A stretch of DNA of 64,000 nucleotides from Bacteroidales bacterium (GCA_017651425.1 JAGCCZ010000062.1:24564-88563); one strand, 5' to 3'; shown: positions 18,365 through 28,268, numbered from the stretch's first letter. Notes: generated from the sequence alone by a model not told the origin. Made by a program: numbers and translations.

Positions 18365-21070
18365 ATGGCAGAACCCACTGATAATAACGAGGAAGTCATC
18401 CTCCCCGAAGAGGAGCAGGCCTCCGATTTACATAAAGTCATTTTCGTCCAGTCAATGTACCGCGAATGGTTCTTGGATTACGCCTCCTATGTGATCCTCG
18501 ACCGCGCATTCCCTGATGTCTATGACGGCCTCAAGCCGGTGCAGCGCCGCATCCTGCACTCCATGGACGAGTTGGAGGACGGGCGCTACAACAAGGTCGC
18601 CAACATCGTCGGCAACACGATGAAATACCACCCCCACGGCGACCAATCCATCTACTCGGCCCTCGTGTCGTTAGGGCAGAAGAACTACGTCATTGACACA
18701 CAGGGAAACTGGGGTAACATCCTGACCGGAGACCCGGCTGCCGCTCCACGTTACATCGAAGCGCGCCTCTCCAAGTTCGCTCTTGAGGTGGTCTTCAACC
18801 ACAAGACCACGGATTGGCAGGTCTCCTACGACGGTCGCAATAAGGAGCCGATCGCCCTGCCCATCAAGTTCCCGCTGCTGTTGGCACAGGGTGTGGACGG
18901 CGTGGGCGTTGGCATGTCCACCAAGATACTGCCCCACAACTTCAATGAGCTTATCGATGCTTCCATACACATTCTTCGGGGTGAGGATTTTGAAATCTTC
19001 CCCGATTTCCCCACTGGCGGCATGGCTGACGTGAGTCGCTATGCCGATGGCGCGCAAGGCGGCAAGGTGCGCAACCGCGCCAAGATCGGCATCGTCGATA
19101 ACAAAACCCTTGTCATCACCGAGATCCCATACGGCACCACCACCGGCAAACTCATCACCGAGTCCAAGAACTCCATCACCGCCGCTGTTGATATGGGCAA
19201 GCTCAAGATCAAGAAGATCGACGACAACACCGCCGAACATGTGGAAATATACCTCCACTTGATGCCTGGCGTTTCCCCCGACCAGACGATCGATGCCCTG
19301 TATGCCTTCACCGACTGTGAAATCACCTATTCCACCAATGCTTGCGTCATCTGGAACGGGCACCCCGTCTTCACCAATGTGAAGGAGATTCTGAAGATCA
19401 ATACCGAGAACACGCTCAACCTGCTTCGTCGGGAATTGGAGATAGAATTGGACGAGTTGGGCCGCAAGTGGCACAAGATCTCCTTGGAAAAGATCTTCTT
19501 CGAGAAGCGAATCTATAAGGAACTCGAAAAGGATGTCGAATCCTGGGATCTCCAGATCGACAACATCGAGCGCGCCTTCGACCCGTATCGTTCCCTCTTC
19601 CATCAGGAGATCACCCGCGACGATGTGCTGGCCCTTTGCGAGAAGCCTGTCCGCAAGATTTCGAAATTTGACATCAAGAAGGCAGAGCAGGACATCGCCG
19701 ACATCGAACTCAACATTGAGGAGGTGCAGAACCATCTCGACCACATCGTGGATTATACCATCAATTTCTTCCGGCAGCTCAAGAAGAAATACGGCGCTGC
19801 CTATCCGCGCCTCACGGAACTCAAGAGTTTCGACAATATTGTGGCTGCAACCGTGGCCGTGGCCAACCAAAAGCTCTATGTGAACAAGAAGGAGGGCTTT
19901 ATCGGCACTTCCCTCAAAAAGGACGAGGATGTCGAATATTGCTGCGACTGCTCAGACCTTGACGAGCTGATTGTCTTCCACGAAGACGGCAAGTTTATCA
20001 TTACCAAGGTGGCCGACAAGAAGTTTGTGGGCAAGAACATCCTTCATGTGGAAGTCTTCAAGCGCGGCGACGACAGGCATATATATAATATGTGTTACAT
20101 GAACGGCGCGGGCGGCTCCACCATGGTGAAGCGTTTTGCCATCGGCGGCGTGTCGCGTGACAAGGAGTACGACCTCACCAAGGGCAAGGCCGGCTCGAAG
20201 GTGCTTTATTTCACCTCCAACCCCAACGGCGAGGCCGAGGTTATCCGCGTGAAACTCAAGCCCAAGGCCAAGCTCAAGAAACGCGAGTTCGACTACGATT
20301 TCAGCCAGCTTGCCGTCAAGAGCCGTTCCGCACTCGGAAACCTCCTGACGCACTATCCCGTTTCCACCATCACGCTCAGCCAGAAGGGCGTCTCCACCCT
20401 CAGTGCCATCAATATCTACTTTGAAGAGTCTGTGATGCGTCTCAACACTGAGGAACGCGGTACTCTGTTGGGCGCATTTAAAGAGGATGACAAGATATTG
20501 AGTGTCTATAAGTCTGGTAATTACCGCGTCACGGGATTTGAGTTGAACACCCACTTCGACGACGACCTTGGCGTTATCCGCAAGTGGAGCAAGCATCATC
20601 TCATCACGGTTGTCTATTACCAAAAGAAAGAGGACAAATACTACATGAAACGTTTTGCCCCTGACATTTTCAACAAGAAAGTGGAATTTGTGCCCGACGA
20701 CGGTGCCTCTAATATTGTGGGCATCTCCATCGATTATCTGCCTCAAATCAAGGTCGTTTATCGTGAAAAGAAATCCACGGAGGATTCCGAGACCATCCTG
20801 TCTTGTGCCGAATTTGTGGAGGTGATGACTTTCCGCGCCCGCGGCAAGCGTATCAACTTCCCGAATATTAAAAAAATAGTCTTCATTGAGCCGTTGCCGT
20901 ACGAGGAACCGGTTGAGGAACCTGAAGAGATTGAGCCGGTAGTGGAAGAGGGCGATGCTGAAAGCATCGACGAGGCCATTGCCAAGGACATATTCAATGA
21001 CATCACCATTGAGAAGAAGGATGACATGCCTTCCGGCGACGAAGGCGGTGACCAGCTCTCGCTCTTCTGA
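18365..21070 (+). CDS. parC: DNA topoisomerase IV subunit A (GyrA/ParC family)
   Basis: YASYVILDRAFPDVYDGLKPVQRRIL and KYHPHGDQSIY. The length (901 aa) and the absence of a GyrA box suggest ParC. Confidence 0.85.
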   Translation: MAEPTDNNEEVILPEEEQASDLHKVIFVQSMYREWFLDYASYVILDRAFPDVYDGLKPVQRRILHSMDELEDGRYNKVANIVGNTMKYHPHGDQSIYSALVSLGQKNYVIDTQGNWGNILTGDPAAAPRYIEARLSKFALEVVFNHKTTDWQVSYDGRNKEPIALPIKFPLLLAQGVDGVGVGMSTKILPHNFNELIDASIHILRGEDFEIFPDFPTGGMADVSRYADGAQGGKVRNRAKIGIVDNKTLVITEIPYGTTTGKLITESKNSITAAVDMGKLKIKKIDDNTAEHVEIYLHLMPGVSPDQTIDALYAFTDCEITYSTNACVIWNGHPVFTNVKEILKINTENTLNLLRRELEIELDELGRKWHKISLEKIFFEKRIYKELEKDVESWDLQIDNIERAFDPYRSLFHQEITRDDVLALCEKPVRKISKFDIKKAEQDIADIELNIEEVQNHLDHIVDYTINFFRQLKKKYGAAYPRLTELKSFDNIVAATVAVANQKLYVNKKEGFIGTSLKKDEDVEYCCDCSDLDELIVFHEDGKFIITKVADKKFVGKNILHVEVFKRGDDRHIYNMCYMNGAGGSTMVKRFAIGGVSRDKEYDLTKGKAGSKVLYFTSNPNGEAEVIRVKLKPKAKLKKREFDYDFSQLAVKSRSALGNLLTHYPVSTITLSQKGVSTLSAINIYFEESVMRLNTEERGTLLGAFKEDDKILSVYKSGNYRVTGFELNTHFDDDLGVIRKWSKHHLITVVYYQKKEDKYYMKRFAPDIFNKKVEFVPDDGASNIVGISIDYLPQIKVVYREKKSTEDSETILSCAEFVEVMTFRARGKRINFPNIKKIVFIEPLPYEEPVEEPEEIEPVVEEGDAESIDEAIAKDIFNDITIEKKDDMPSGDEGGDQLSLF

Positions 21071-21073
21071 ACC

Positions 21074-22183
21074 ATGAAGACTCGCTATTTCGTCGGATGT
21101 CTGCTGCTCGCAAGCCTTGCTTTGGCGGTTTGTGCTTGCAGGGAACGTGTGAATCCCCCGACACCGTACAATATCGAGGTGCCATACGGCTTTCCTACGC
21201 GGCTCAACATTCCCGATGACAATCCCATGACCGTGGAGGGAGTGCAGCTCGGCGAGTTGCTGTTCCATGATCCCCATTTATGTGGCTATCGCGGCGATTC
21301 CCCGGATTCGCTGATGTCGTGCGCCACTTGTCATGTGCGCGGCCACAACTACGACATCGGGACCGACAACCCGCGTTTCCCCGACGGAGTGGCCAGGGGA
21401 CGCACCACGGGGAAGGCTACGCGACACAATGTGATGCCCCTCACCAACCTTGTATTCAATTCGGAAGGTTATTTCTGGAACGGCGGCGTGTATGGACAGA
21501 ATCCGAATGCTGACGTAAGAACGATTGAAGACATCGTGCGCATGGCCATCACGGCAGACGACGAGATGTGCTCCACTCCAGAGCGCACCTTGGCCGCCTT
21601 GCGCGCCGACAGCCGCTATCCCGAGTACTTCAAGAAAGCTTTTGGCAGCGAAGAAATCACAATGGATAGGGTAGAGAAGGCTATTGCACAATATGTGCGC
21701 TCTTTAGTCTCCGCCAATAGTAAGTTTGACCGCTATCTTCGTGGCAGCGAGCAACTCACTCCGCAGGAACTGCGTGGCTATGTGCTCTTCTCAACCGAGG
21801 AGGGCGCCGACTGTTTCCATTGCCATGGCGGTGACGGTTCGCCGCTTTTTACGACGAATCTGTTTTATAACAATGGCTTGGATGATTCTTTCGAAGACGA
21901 CTACGACCGTTTTTTTGTCACGGGAGACCCGATGGACCGCGGCGTGTACCGTGCGCCCTCGTTGCGCAATGTGGCCGTCTCCGCGCCCTATATGCACGAC
22001 GGCCGCTATCGTACGCTCAACGAGGTGCTGCAGTTTTATAACGAAGGGTTGCACCCGTCGCCCTATATCAGCCCCCTGATGCATAAAGTGGATGATGGCG
22101 GCGCCCACCTTTCCCCGTCGGATTTGGCCGCACTCAAGGCCTTTCTTTTGACACTGACGGACGAAGATTTTATACAAAAATGA
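21074..22183 (+). CDS. di-haem cytochrome c peroxidase (CCP/MauG family)
   Basis: Two CxxCH motifs (CATCH, CFHCH) with a signal peptide. PSLRNV..APYMHDG is present. Confidence 0.9.
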   Translation: MKTRYFVGCLLLASLALAVCACRERVNPPTPYNIEVPYGFPTRLNIPDDNPMTVEGVQLGELLFHDPHLCGYRGDSPDSLMSCATCHVRGHNYDIGTDNPRFPDGVARGRTTGKATRHNVMPLTNLVFNSEGYFWNGGVYGQNPNADVRTIEDIVRMAITADDEMCSTPERTLAALRADSRYPEYFKKAFGSEEITMDRVEKAIAQYVRSLVSANSKFDRYLRGSEQLTPQELRGYVLFSTEEGADCFHCHGGDGSPLFTTNLFYNNGLDDSFEDDYDRFFVTGDPMDRGVYRAPSLRNVAVSAPYMHDGRYRTLNEVLQFYNEGLHPSPYISPLMHKVDDGGAHLSPSDLAALKAFLLTLTDEDFIQK

Positions 22184-22200
22184 GTGTATCACAATTTTTG

Positions 22201-22208
22201 TATTTTTG
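22201..22208 (+). promoter_or_regulatory. -7 promoter box TATTTTTG
   Basis: 45 nt upstream of ATG 22254. Confidence 0.55.
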
Positions 22209-22253
22209 CCGCCGTTATTGCTAACCGAAAAATTAACTCAAAAACTGATAAAA

Positions 22254-22958
22254 ATGAAAAAACAAATTTCCCTGTGGTTCGCCGCTATCATGATTCTCGG
22301 CGCCATCAACATCTTTGCTCAAAAACCATTTGCCGGCACCGTCAGCTTTGCTTTCACGGTGGAAGGCACGGATGATCCCAACAAGGCTGCTGAATTGTCA
22401 GGAGTCACCATGGACTATTTGGTGATGGGCAACTGCACGAAAATGTCTGTCAGCGAAATGGGCATTGGGGTTGAAAATATCACGAATGGAGATGACAAAA
22501 AGGTCTCGACGGTCATTGATGTTCCCGGATATGGCAAATATTATATCGAGAAAAGCGAAGCTGACATCAAGAAAGCCTTTGAAACAACGAAGTTCGATTA
22601 CAATTACACGGACGAGACCAAGGAAGTGGCTGGATACACGTGCAAGAAGGTTGTCGTGACCGTCACGGACCTTGAGACGGACGAGGAGGATTCTTTCTTT
22701 GCATGGGTGACCAATGACTTGCAGACAGGTGACGACATCAATTTCAGCACCTATCCCGGCTTGAAGGGTTATCCTTTGCGTATGGACATCCCGCAAGAGG
22801 ATGGCGGCGAGACTTTCTACATCGTTCAATATGCCACGAAGGTGACTCCCAGCAAGAAGATCAAACTGACAGAGTTCTACCGTTCTTCCGACGCCACGAA
22901 CCTTGAAGATGCTTCAGAAGATGTCAAGACTGCCTTGAAACAAATGTTGGGCATGTAA
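22254..22958 (+). CDS. hypothetical secreted protein
   Basis: ATG 22254 gives MKKQISLWFAAIMILGAINIFAQ. The track start at 22206 precedes the likely transcription start. A -7 box lies at 22201. Confidence 0.6.
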   Translation: MKKQISLWFAAIMILGAINIFAQKPFAGTVSFAFTVEGTDDPNKAAELSGVTMDYLVMGNCTKMSVSEMGIGVENITNGDDKKVSTVIDVPGYGKYYIEKSEADIKKAFETTKFDYNYTDETKEVAGYTCKKVVVTVTDLETDEEDSFFAWVTNDLQTGDDINFSTYPGLKGYPLRMDIPQEDGGETFYIVQYATKVTPSKKIKLTEFYRSSDATNLEDASEDVKTALKQMLGM

Positions 22959-22999
22959 TGCTGAAAAGATTGGTAATACACACTGAAAAAGTGTGAATA

Positions 23000-23036
23000 A
23001 AAAAAGGTGAGTCCGATTGGATTCACCTTTTTTTTA
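23000..23036. terminator. bidirectional hairpin terminator between convergent genes
   Basis: aaaaaaggtga-gtccgattggat-tcaccttttttt: an A-run and a T-run flank a GGTGA/TCACC stem. Confidence 0.7.
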
Positions 23037-23056
23037 TTGATGCGAGTTTGCTTCCG

Positions 23057-24181
23057 TTACTGGTTGTTTCCCTCTTTGGGAACGATACGCAGGAATTCGA
23101 CGTCGAACACCAGTGGGGAGTAGGGCGGGATGTTGTAGTTGCCGCGCTCGCCGTAGGCCATGTTGGAAGGCAGCAGAATGGTGGCCTTGTCGCCGACGTG
23201 CATCTTGCTGAGGGCGATTTCCCATCCGGGGATCACCTGATGGGCACCGAGTGTGAAGGTGAAGGGCTCGCCACGTTCAACAGAGCTGTCGAACACGGTG
23301 CCGTCCAACAACTTGCCCGTATAGTGGACCTCCAAGTCGTCGCCTTGCTGCGGCGTCGGGCCCGTGCCTTTCTTGGTGGTGGTGATGTAGATGCCTTCCG
23401 GTGTCGGTGTCGCCTTGATCTTGTTGTCCTTCACGTATGCTTGGATCTTGTCGGCCTCCTGGCTGGCGCTTTCCTGCATCATCTGCTCATATTCGGCCTG
23501 CATTTTTTGGAATTCCGCCTTGGGAATCTGGCCGTAGAGCTTGACATCGGAATAGAGCGGCGTGTCGCCGAAGGGATACTCTTGGCCCTGCATGAAGTGC
23601 TGGAAGAACTCCTTGCCGTTGAAGATGAAGGTGGCACTGTCGCCCACATGCATCATGCGGAGGGCTGTGTAGAAGTCGCCGTCGTACAGGGAGTCCATGA
23701 TCATCTCGTTGGGCATCATCGGGATGAGGATGGAGTCGCCGGCGCGCAGGTTGAAGAGCACACCCACGAGGTCGCCCGTCTTGGGCATGGCGGCGGTGTC
23801 GTTGATGTCACCGTAGAACTGGTAGTAAAGGCCCGTTTGCTTGTCTTTCTTGAAGCCTTTGTACTTGCTGAACACACCCTTGGCGGCCAAGATGCCGCAG
23901 ATGATGCCGGCCAGCACCAATAGGCCGATGATGATGCCGACGATGAGGCCGGTCTTGCTTTTGGCGGGTTTTTCCTCCTCAATGGGAGCGGCGGGTTCTT
24001 CTTGGGGAACTTCAGATGTCTCCTCCACTTCGGGAGTCTCTGTCATTTGAGGCGTTTCTTGCTCTTGTGGAGTCTCAATGTGTTCTTGAATCTCCTGATT
24101 TTCCAGATTTTCTTGATTTTCGATTTCTGACATTGTTGTGTTGTTATGATTGTTATTGAATTTGGTTTTTTTGCTATCCAT
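23057..24181 (-). CDS. FKBP-type peptidyl-prolyl isomerase with acidic low-complexity N-terminus and TM segment
   Basis: C-terminal VHYTGKLLDGTVFDSS..GEPFTFTLGAHQVIPGWE..MHVGDK..PSNMAYGERG. N-terminal ENQENLENQEIQE...PEVEETSEVPQEEP. The track start 24193 is GTG. The first ATG is at 24181. Confidence 0.85.
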   Translation of the reverse strand: MDSKKTKFNNNHNNTTMSEIENQENLENQEIQEHIETPQEQETPQMTETPEVEETSEVPQEEPAAPIEEEKPAKSKTGLIVGIIIGLLVLAGIICGILAAKGVFSKYKGFKKDKQTGLYYQFYGDINDTAAMPKTGDLVGVLFNLRAGDSILIPMMPNEMIMDSLYDGDFYTALRMMHVGDSATFIFNGKEFFQHFMQGQEYPFGDTPLYSDVKLYGQIPKAEFQKMQAEYEQMMQESASQEADKIQAYVKDNKIKATPTPEGIYITTTKKGTGPTPQQGDDLEVHYTGKLLDGTVFDSSVERGEPFTFTLGAHQVIPGWEIALSKMHVGDKATILLPSNMAYGERGNYNIPPYSPLVFDVEFLRIVPKEGNNQ

Positions 24182-24184
24182 TTC

Positions 24185-24241
24185 CGCCGCCACGATGTGA
24201 CGGCGCTACCGAGCTCTTGCCCCTGTCGGGGCTGCTCAAGG
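24185..24241 (-). repeat. tandem stem-loop element, copy A: a conserved 37-nt hairpin plus a GC-rich hairpin abutting the start codon
   Basis: 24205..24241 (gctaccgagctcttgcccctgtcggggctgctcaagg) matches 33096..33132 except for 3 of the 4 loop bases (tgtc vs taac). The stem is GCCCC/GGGGC nested in GAGC/GCTC. A second hairpin, cgccgccac-gat-gtgacggcg (24185..24205), ends 3 nt from ATG 24181. Confidence 0.75.
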
Positions 24242-24250
24242 TAAAATTCT

Positions 24251-24754
24251 TCATTCTTCCTTGATTCGTATAATCATTGCAATCGGCACGCGGCCCTTGA
24301 TTTTGTCGCCGTCACCGGCCACGCCGTAGGCTAAATGGGAGGGAATGACGAGGCGAGCCTTGGCGCCCGGACGCAAGAACTGCATGGCTTCGTGCAACCC
24401 TGTGATCTCTTCCGAACGTCCCACGGTGAACTCCTTGGCCCCGTCCTTTTCGGAACTATAGACCATCTCGCCCGAAAGCAGGAAGGTCTGATAGCCGAGT
24501 GACACGCGGTCGCCCTCCTTGAAGAGGTCGCCCTCGCCGGGCTCCAGAATCTCTATGCGGAGTCCGGTGCCCGTTTGGGTGGTGTTCCATCCATACCTTT
24601 TCAAGAACAGATCGATCTCCTCGCTTTCCCATTGCACAATCTTCTTGTTGCCCTCAACGTATGGCGCGTCCTTGTCCACCACCTCCTGCTTGTCGGTGGT
24701 CACAACTTGCCCCGTCTGACTGTTGTTGCAAGAAAGGGACAGAAAGACGAGCAT
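24251..24754 (-). CDS. FKBP-type peptidyl-prolyl isomerase (lipoprotein)
   Basis: GDRVSLGYQTFLLSG..FTVGRSEEITGLHEAMQ.LRPGAKARLVIPSHLAYG. The N-terminus LSLSC looks like a truncated lipobox, so the true start may be a non-ATG codon upstream, where the frame stays open. Confidence 0.8.
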   Translation of the reverse strand: MLVFLSLSCNNSQTGQVVTTDKQEVVDKDAPYVEGNKKIVQWESEEIDLFLKRYGWNTTQTGTGLRIEILEPGEGDLFKEGDRVSLGYQTFLLSGEMVYSSEKDGAKEFTVGRSEEITGLHEAMQFLRPGAKARLVIPSHLAYGVAGDGDKIKGRVPIAMIIRIKEE

Positions 24755-24844
24755 CGGCAGGGCTAATATGATGTTGTATTTGGACGTTGGGATTGAGTTT
24801 TTAAGTTTTGGACGTTGGATTTTCGGGAATCGGCGGAGTTTGTT

Positions 24845-25867
24845 TTAAAACGAGAAGTTGTTTTTCGCCAATTCGCGGGCGGCATTCTCGAAATGCTTGA
24901 GGGCATCCTCGAGCGGACCGTTATAGAAGGCACCGGCAGCGTTGTGGTGTCCGCCGCCGTTATAGTATTTCCGGGCAAACTTGTTGACATCGACCGGCCC
25001 CATGGAGCGGAAGGAGACGCGGATGCGGTTCTCGCGCTCGACAAAGAAGGCGGTGTAATGGATGTCTTGAATGGAGAGCCCGTAGTTGACAAACCCTTCG
25101 GTGTCGCCGATTTGGAAGTTGTTGTCAAGAAGGTCTTGTTTGCTGAGGTACATGAAGGAGACGCCGAGCTCGGGCAGCACCGTCATGCGCTGGGAAAGGG
25201 CGAGGCCGAGCAGCTTCATGCGGCTGATGGTGTAGTTGTCATACACTTTGCGGTGGATGGACTCGCCGTTGATGCCGGAGGCGATGAGCTTGCGCAGCAC
25301 GTCGTAGGTGCTGGGCTGGTCGCAGGCGTACGTCACCGAGCCAGTGTCGGTGATGATGCCCACATAGAGCGCCTCGGCGATCGGTTTGGTGAACTTCCGC
25401 TTGGGGGTGAGGTACTTGTAGAGGAAGTTATAGACCAGCTCCGCTGCAGAGCTGGTCTTGGCAGTGGAGTACATGATGTCGCACTTGATGTCGGGCTGCA
25501 CATGATGGTCGATGAGCACTTTGAAGCCCGTGGCCTTGATAATGGACTTCTCCAAGTCCTGTCCTGCGCGGTGCGGCATGTTCATGTCAACCACGAATAG
25601 TATGTCGGCCTCCTTGATAGCTTTGCGGGCGGCAGTGAGGTGCTGTTGCGCCACGATGATGTCCTCCGCACCCTCCATCCAGTGCAGGAAGTCGGGGAAA
25701 GGATTTGGGGAGATGACCGTCACCTCGTAACCGTCATCCTTGAAATAATGATACAATGCCAATGCTGACCCGACCGCATCCCCATCTGGATTAAAGTGGA
25801 ATACAATCGCTATCTTGCGGGTTTGCATCAAGGTGTCCTTGAATAGTTGTATTTCCTGTTTCTTCAA
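24845..25867 (-). CDS. nrnA: DHH-family oligoribonuclease / pAp phosphatase NrnA
   Basis: IVFHFNPDGDAVGS, DTG, DHH-like LIDHH and C-terminal GGGHHNAAG. TTG start (caa at 25865..25867). Confidence 0.85.
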   Translation of the reverse strand: MKKQEIQLFKDTLMQTRKIAIVFHFNPDGDAVGSALALYHYFKDDGYEVTVISPNPFPDFLHWMEGAEDIIVAQQHLTAARKAIKEADILFVVDMNMPHRAGQDLEKSIIKATGFKVLIDHHVQPDIKCDIMYSTAKTSSAAELVYNFLYKYLTPKRKFTKPIAEALYVGIITDTGSVTYACDQPSTYDVLRKLIASGINGESIHRKVYDNYTISRMKLLGLALSQRMTVLPELGVSFMYLSKQDLLDNNFQIGDTEGFVNYGLSIQDIHYTAFFVERENRIRVSFRSMGPVDVNKFARKYYNGGGHHNAAGAFYNGPLEDALKHFENAARELAKNNFSF

Positions 25868-25887
25868 AAGCGAAAAATTTAAGGCTG

Positions 25888-25895
25888 CAAAAATA
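25888..25895 (-). promoter_or_regulatory. -7 promoter box TATTTTTG
   Basis: 20 nt upstream of the nrnA TTG start. Confidence 0.55.
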
Positions 25896-25983
25896 GTAAA
25901 TTTGAAAATATAAATGTATTAAATAAAGATATGCATGGCATGAAAACTTCAATTTTTTTCTTGACATCACAATGAAAAAATTG

Positions 25984-25991
25984 TATTTTTG
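25984..25991 (+). promoter_or_regulatory. -7 promoter box TATTTTTG
   Basis: 41 nt upstream of the rnfD ATG. Confidence 0.6.
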
Positions 25992-26032
25992 CGGCTTGTA
26001 TCAGAAAATGCAAATTAATAACACTTTATAGA

Positions 26033-27010
26033 ATGGATAAATTACTAAATGTTTCCGGTTCGCCCCACGTACATAGCGGTGAATCCGTGAAGAAGATCAT
26101 GTGGTCGGTGGTGCTGGCTCTGGTGCCGGCATTCCTGGTCTCCGTCTTCTATTTCGGATTGCCAGTGCTAATCCTGACCGTCGTGTCCGTGGGCTGCTGT
26201 GTCCTGTTTGAGTATTTGATACAGCGATTTCTCATGAAAGTGGAGCCTTCGATAAACGATGGCTCTGCAGTTGTGACGGGCATGTTGCTGGCTTTCAATG
26301 TGCCGGCAAACTTGCCGATTTGGATGATTGTCGTGGGCGCTATCGTGGCCATTGGCATTGCCAAGATGTCCTTTGGCGGCTTGGGACGCAACATCTTCAA
26401 CCCCGCGTTGGTGGCCCGTGTGTTTATGCTGATAGCCTTCCCTGTGGCCATGACCACCTGGCCGGTGGCCACGCCCGTCTGGGGCTTCGCCGATGCCGTG
26501 ACAGGCCCGACCCCGTTGGGGCTCCTCAAAGAGGGCGCTACGGTCGCTGGGGCTATGGGCGATGCGCACATGCCCAGCTATGTCAACATGCTGGTTGGTC
26601 AGATGGGCGGCAGCTTCGGCGAGGTTTCCGCCATCGCCCTGCTTATCGGTGCGGCCTTCCTGATGTGGAAGCGCATCATCAGCTGGCACATTCCGGTGGC
26701 ATTCCTGCTCACCGTGTTTGTGTTCGCCGGCATCTTCTGGCTCATCGACCCGACACACTACGCCAACCCCTTCTTCCACCTGCTCACGGGCGGTCTCATC
26801 CTCGGTGCCTTCTTCATGGCCACAGACATGGTGACCTCTCCTGTCTCCAACCGGGGCATGCTGGTGTTCGGCTGCGGCTGCGGCTTGCTCACCATCATCA
26901 TCCGACTCTTCGGTGCCTACCCGGAAGGTGTCTCCTTCTCCATCTTGATCATGAACTCCCTCGTGCCGCTCATCAACAAGGGCTTCAAACCGAAAACTTA
27001 TGCTAAATAA
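26033..27010 (+). CDS. rnfD: Rnf electron-transport complex subunit D
   Basis: SGSPHVHSG, a polytopic membrane protein, and flavin-attachment region FFMATDMVTSP. Confidence 0.9.
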   Translation: MDKLLNVSGSPHVHSGESVKKIMWSVVLALVPAFLVSVFYFGLPVLILTVVSVGCCVLFEYLIQRFLMKVEPSINDGSAVVTGMLLAFNVPANLPIWMIVVGAIVAIGIAKMSFGGLGRNIFNPALVARVFMLIAFPVAMTTWPVATPVWGFADAVTGPTPLGLLKEGATVAGAMGDAHMPSYVNMLVGQMGGSFGEVSAIALLIGAAFLMWKRIISWHIPVAFLLTVFVFAGIFWLIDPTHYANPFFHLLTGGLILGAFFMATDMVTSPVSNRGMLVFGCGCGLLTIIIRLFGAYPEGVSFSILIMNSLVPLINKGFKPKTYAK

Positions 27011-27026
27011 CTAAAAACCAACCATT

Positions 27027-27620
27027 ATGTCACAGAAGAAAGAAGCTTCATTGCTGCGGTTGGTCGTTGTGCTGACCAGCATCGCGTTGGTGGCGGGCTT
27101 GGCCCTGACAGGCGTCTATGCCCTCACCAAAGAACGTATTGACAATGCCCAGAAAGCCAAGAAAGAATTGGCACTGAACCTCGTGTTGCCCGACTTCAAG
27201 GGCACTATCACGGATACCACCATTGTTCCCGAAGGTGAAAAGGAAGGCCTTCTGGTACATTTGGCAAAATCGGATGATGGCACACTCTACGGGGCCGCCA
27301 TTGAGACTTATACCAAGAAAGCATTTGACGGGCGCTTTGATCTCATGGTTGGCTTTGCCGCCGATGGCAGTATCATCAACACTGAGGTGATCGATGCCTC
27401 CGAAACTCCCGGACTGGGTGACAAGATCAACAAGACCAAGAGTGATTTCGCCAAGCAGTTCAATGGTCAGGATCCTGCCACTTACAAACTGTCTGTCAAG
27501 AAGGACGGCGGCGATGTGGACGCCATCACGGCAGCCACCATTTCATCGCGCGCATACTGCGATGCCGTGCAGCGTGCCTATAACGTTTTCATGAATGTAA
27601 AGGAGGTTACCCATGAGTAA
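27027..27620 (+). CDS. rnfG: Rnf complex subunit G
   Basis: N-terminal TM, ETPGLGDKI, and FMN-binding site DAITAATISSRA. Confidence 0.9.
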   Translation: MSQKKEASLLRLVVVLTSIALVAGLALTGVYALTKERIDNAQKAKKELALNLVLPDFKGTITDTTIVPEGEKEGLLVHLAKSDDGTLYGAAIETYTKKAFDGRFDLMVGFAADGSIINTEVIDASETPGLGDKINKTKSDFAKQFNGQDPATYKLSVKKDGGDVDAITAATISSRAYCDAVQRAYNVFMNVKEVTHE

Positions 27621-28236
27621 ATGGAATATTCTCACCAAAGGTTTTTTCAAGGAGAATCCAAGTTTGATTCTCGTCTTGGGCACATGCCCCACGTTGGCGG
27701 TCACCACGTCAGTGAACAACGCCCTCGGTATGGGTGCGGCCACCACGTTTGTGCTCCTGATGTCCAATATCATTATCTCGTTGCTCAAGAATGTGATTCC
27801 TGACAAGGTTCGCATTCCGTGCTACATTGTGATTATCGCTACTTTTGTGAGTATGGTTGACCTGCTTATCCAGGGCTTCGCGCCGGCATTGTCGGCCAGT
27901 CTGGGTGTCTTCATCCCGTTGATTGTCGTCAACTGCATCGTGCTTGGCCGCGCGGAGGCGTTTGCCAGCAAGAACGGTGTCTGGGATTCCATTCTCGACG
28001 GCCTCGGCATGGGCATCGGTTTCACCATCTCTCTGGTTCTCATCGCCGCCGTGCGTGAGATTTTAGGCGCCGGCGCTTTCATGGGCCACCAGTTCATCCC
28101 TTCCGACTACAACATCCTCATCTTTGTGCTCGCACCCGGCGCGTTCATCGTGTTCGGATTCATCATGGCTCTCGTCCGCCATATCCTCAACAAGGTTGAA
28201 GCCAAGCGCAAAGCCAAGCTCACCGTCCAAAAATAA
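27613..28236 (+). CDS. rnfE: Rnf complex subunit E
   Basis: NPSLILVLGTCPTLAVTT, IPLIVVNCIVLGRAEAFA, and an 8-nt overlap with rnfG. Confidence 0.9.
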   Translation: MSKWNILTKGFFKENPSLILVLGTCPTLAVTTSVNNALGMGAATTFVLLMSNIIISLLKNVIPDKVRIPCYIVIIATFVSMVDLLIQGFAPALSASLGVFIPLIVVNCIVLGRAEAFASKNGVWDSILDGLGMGIGFTISLVLIAAVREILGAGAFMGHQFIPSDYNILIFVLAPGAFIVFGFIMALVRHILNKVEAKRKAKLTVQK

Positions 28237-28268
28237 CATTGTTCACGAACCTTTAGCACATTATTATT

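Noticed and set aside
18671-21277. Two long minus-strand ORFs (18671..19870, 399 aa; 19952..21277, 441 aa) antisense to parC and the peroxidase gene.
   Set aside because: Their products are low-complexity and rich in Val, Gly, Asp, Leu and His, with no motifs. They lie fully opposite genes that carry unambiguous family motifs. These are typical shadow ORFs of G+C-rich coding DNA.
24778-24822. A direct repeat TTTGGACGTTGG(G)AT occurring twice, 28 nt apart, between nrnA and the FKBP lipoprotein gene.
   Set aside because: It is short, has only two copies, forms no hairpin and matches no known motif. It could be chance or a minor promoter element, and there is too little to support a call.
23048-25600. 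Plus-strand ORFs 23048..23923 (291 aa) and 24815..25600 (261 aa).
   Set aside because: They are antisense to the FKBP and nrnA genes, and their composition is typical of GC-rich shadow frames.
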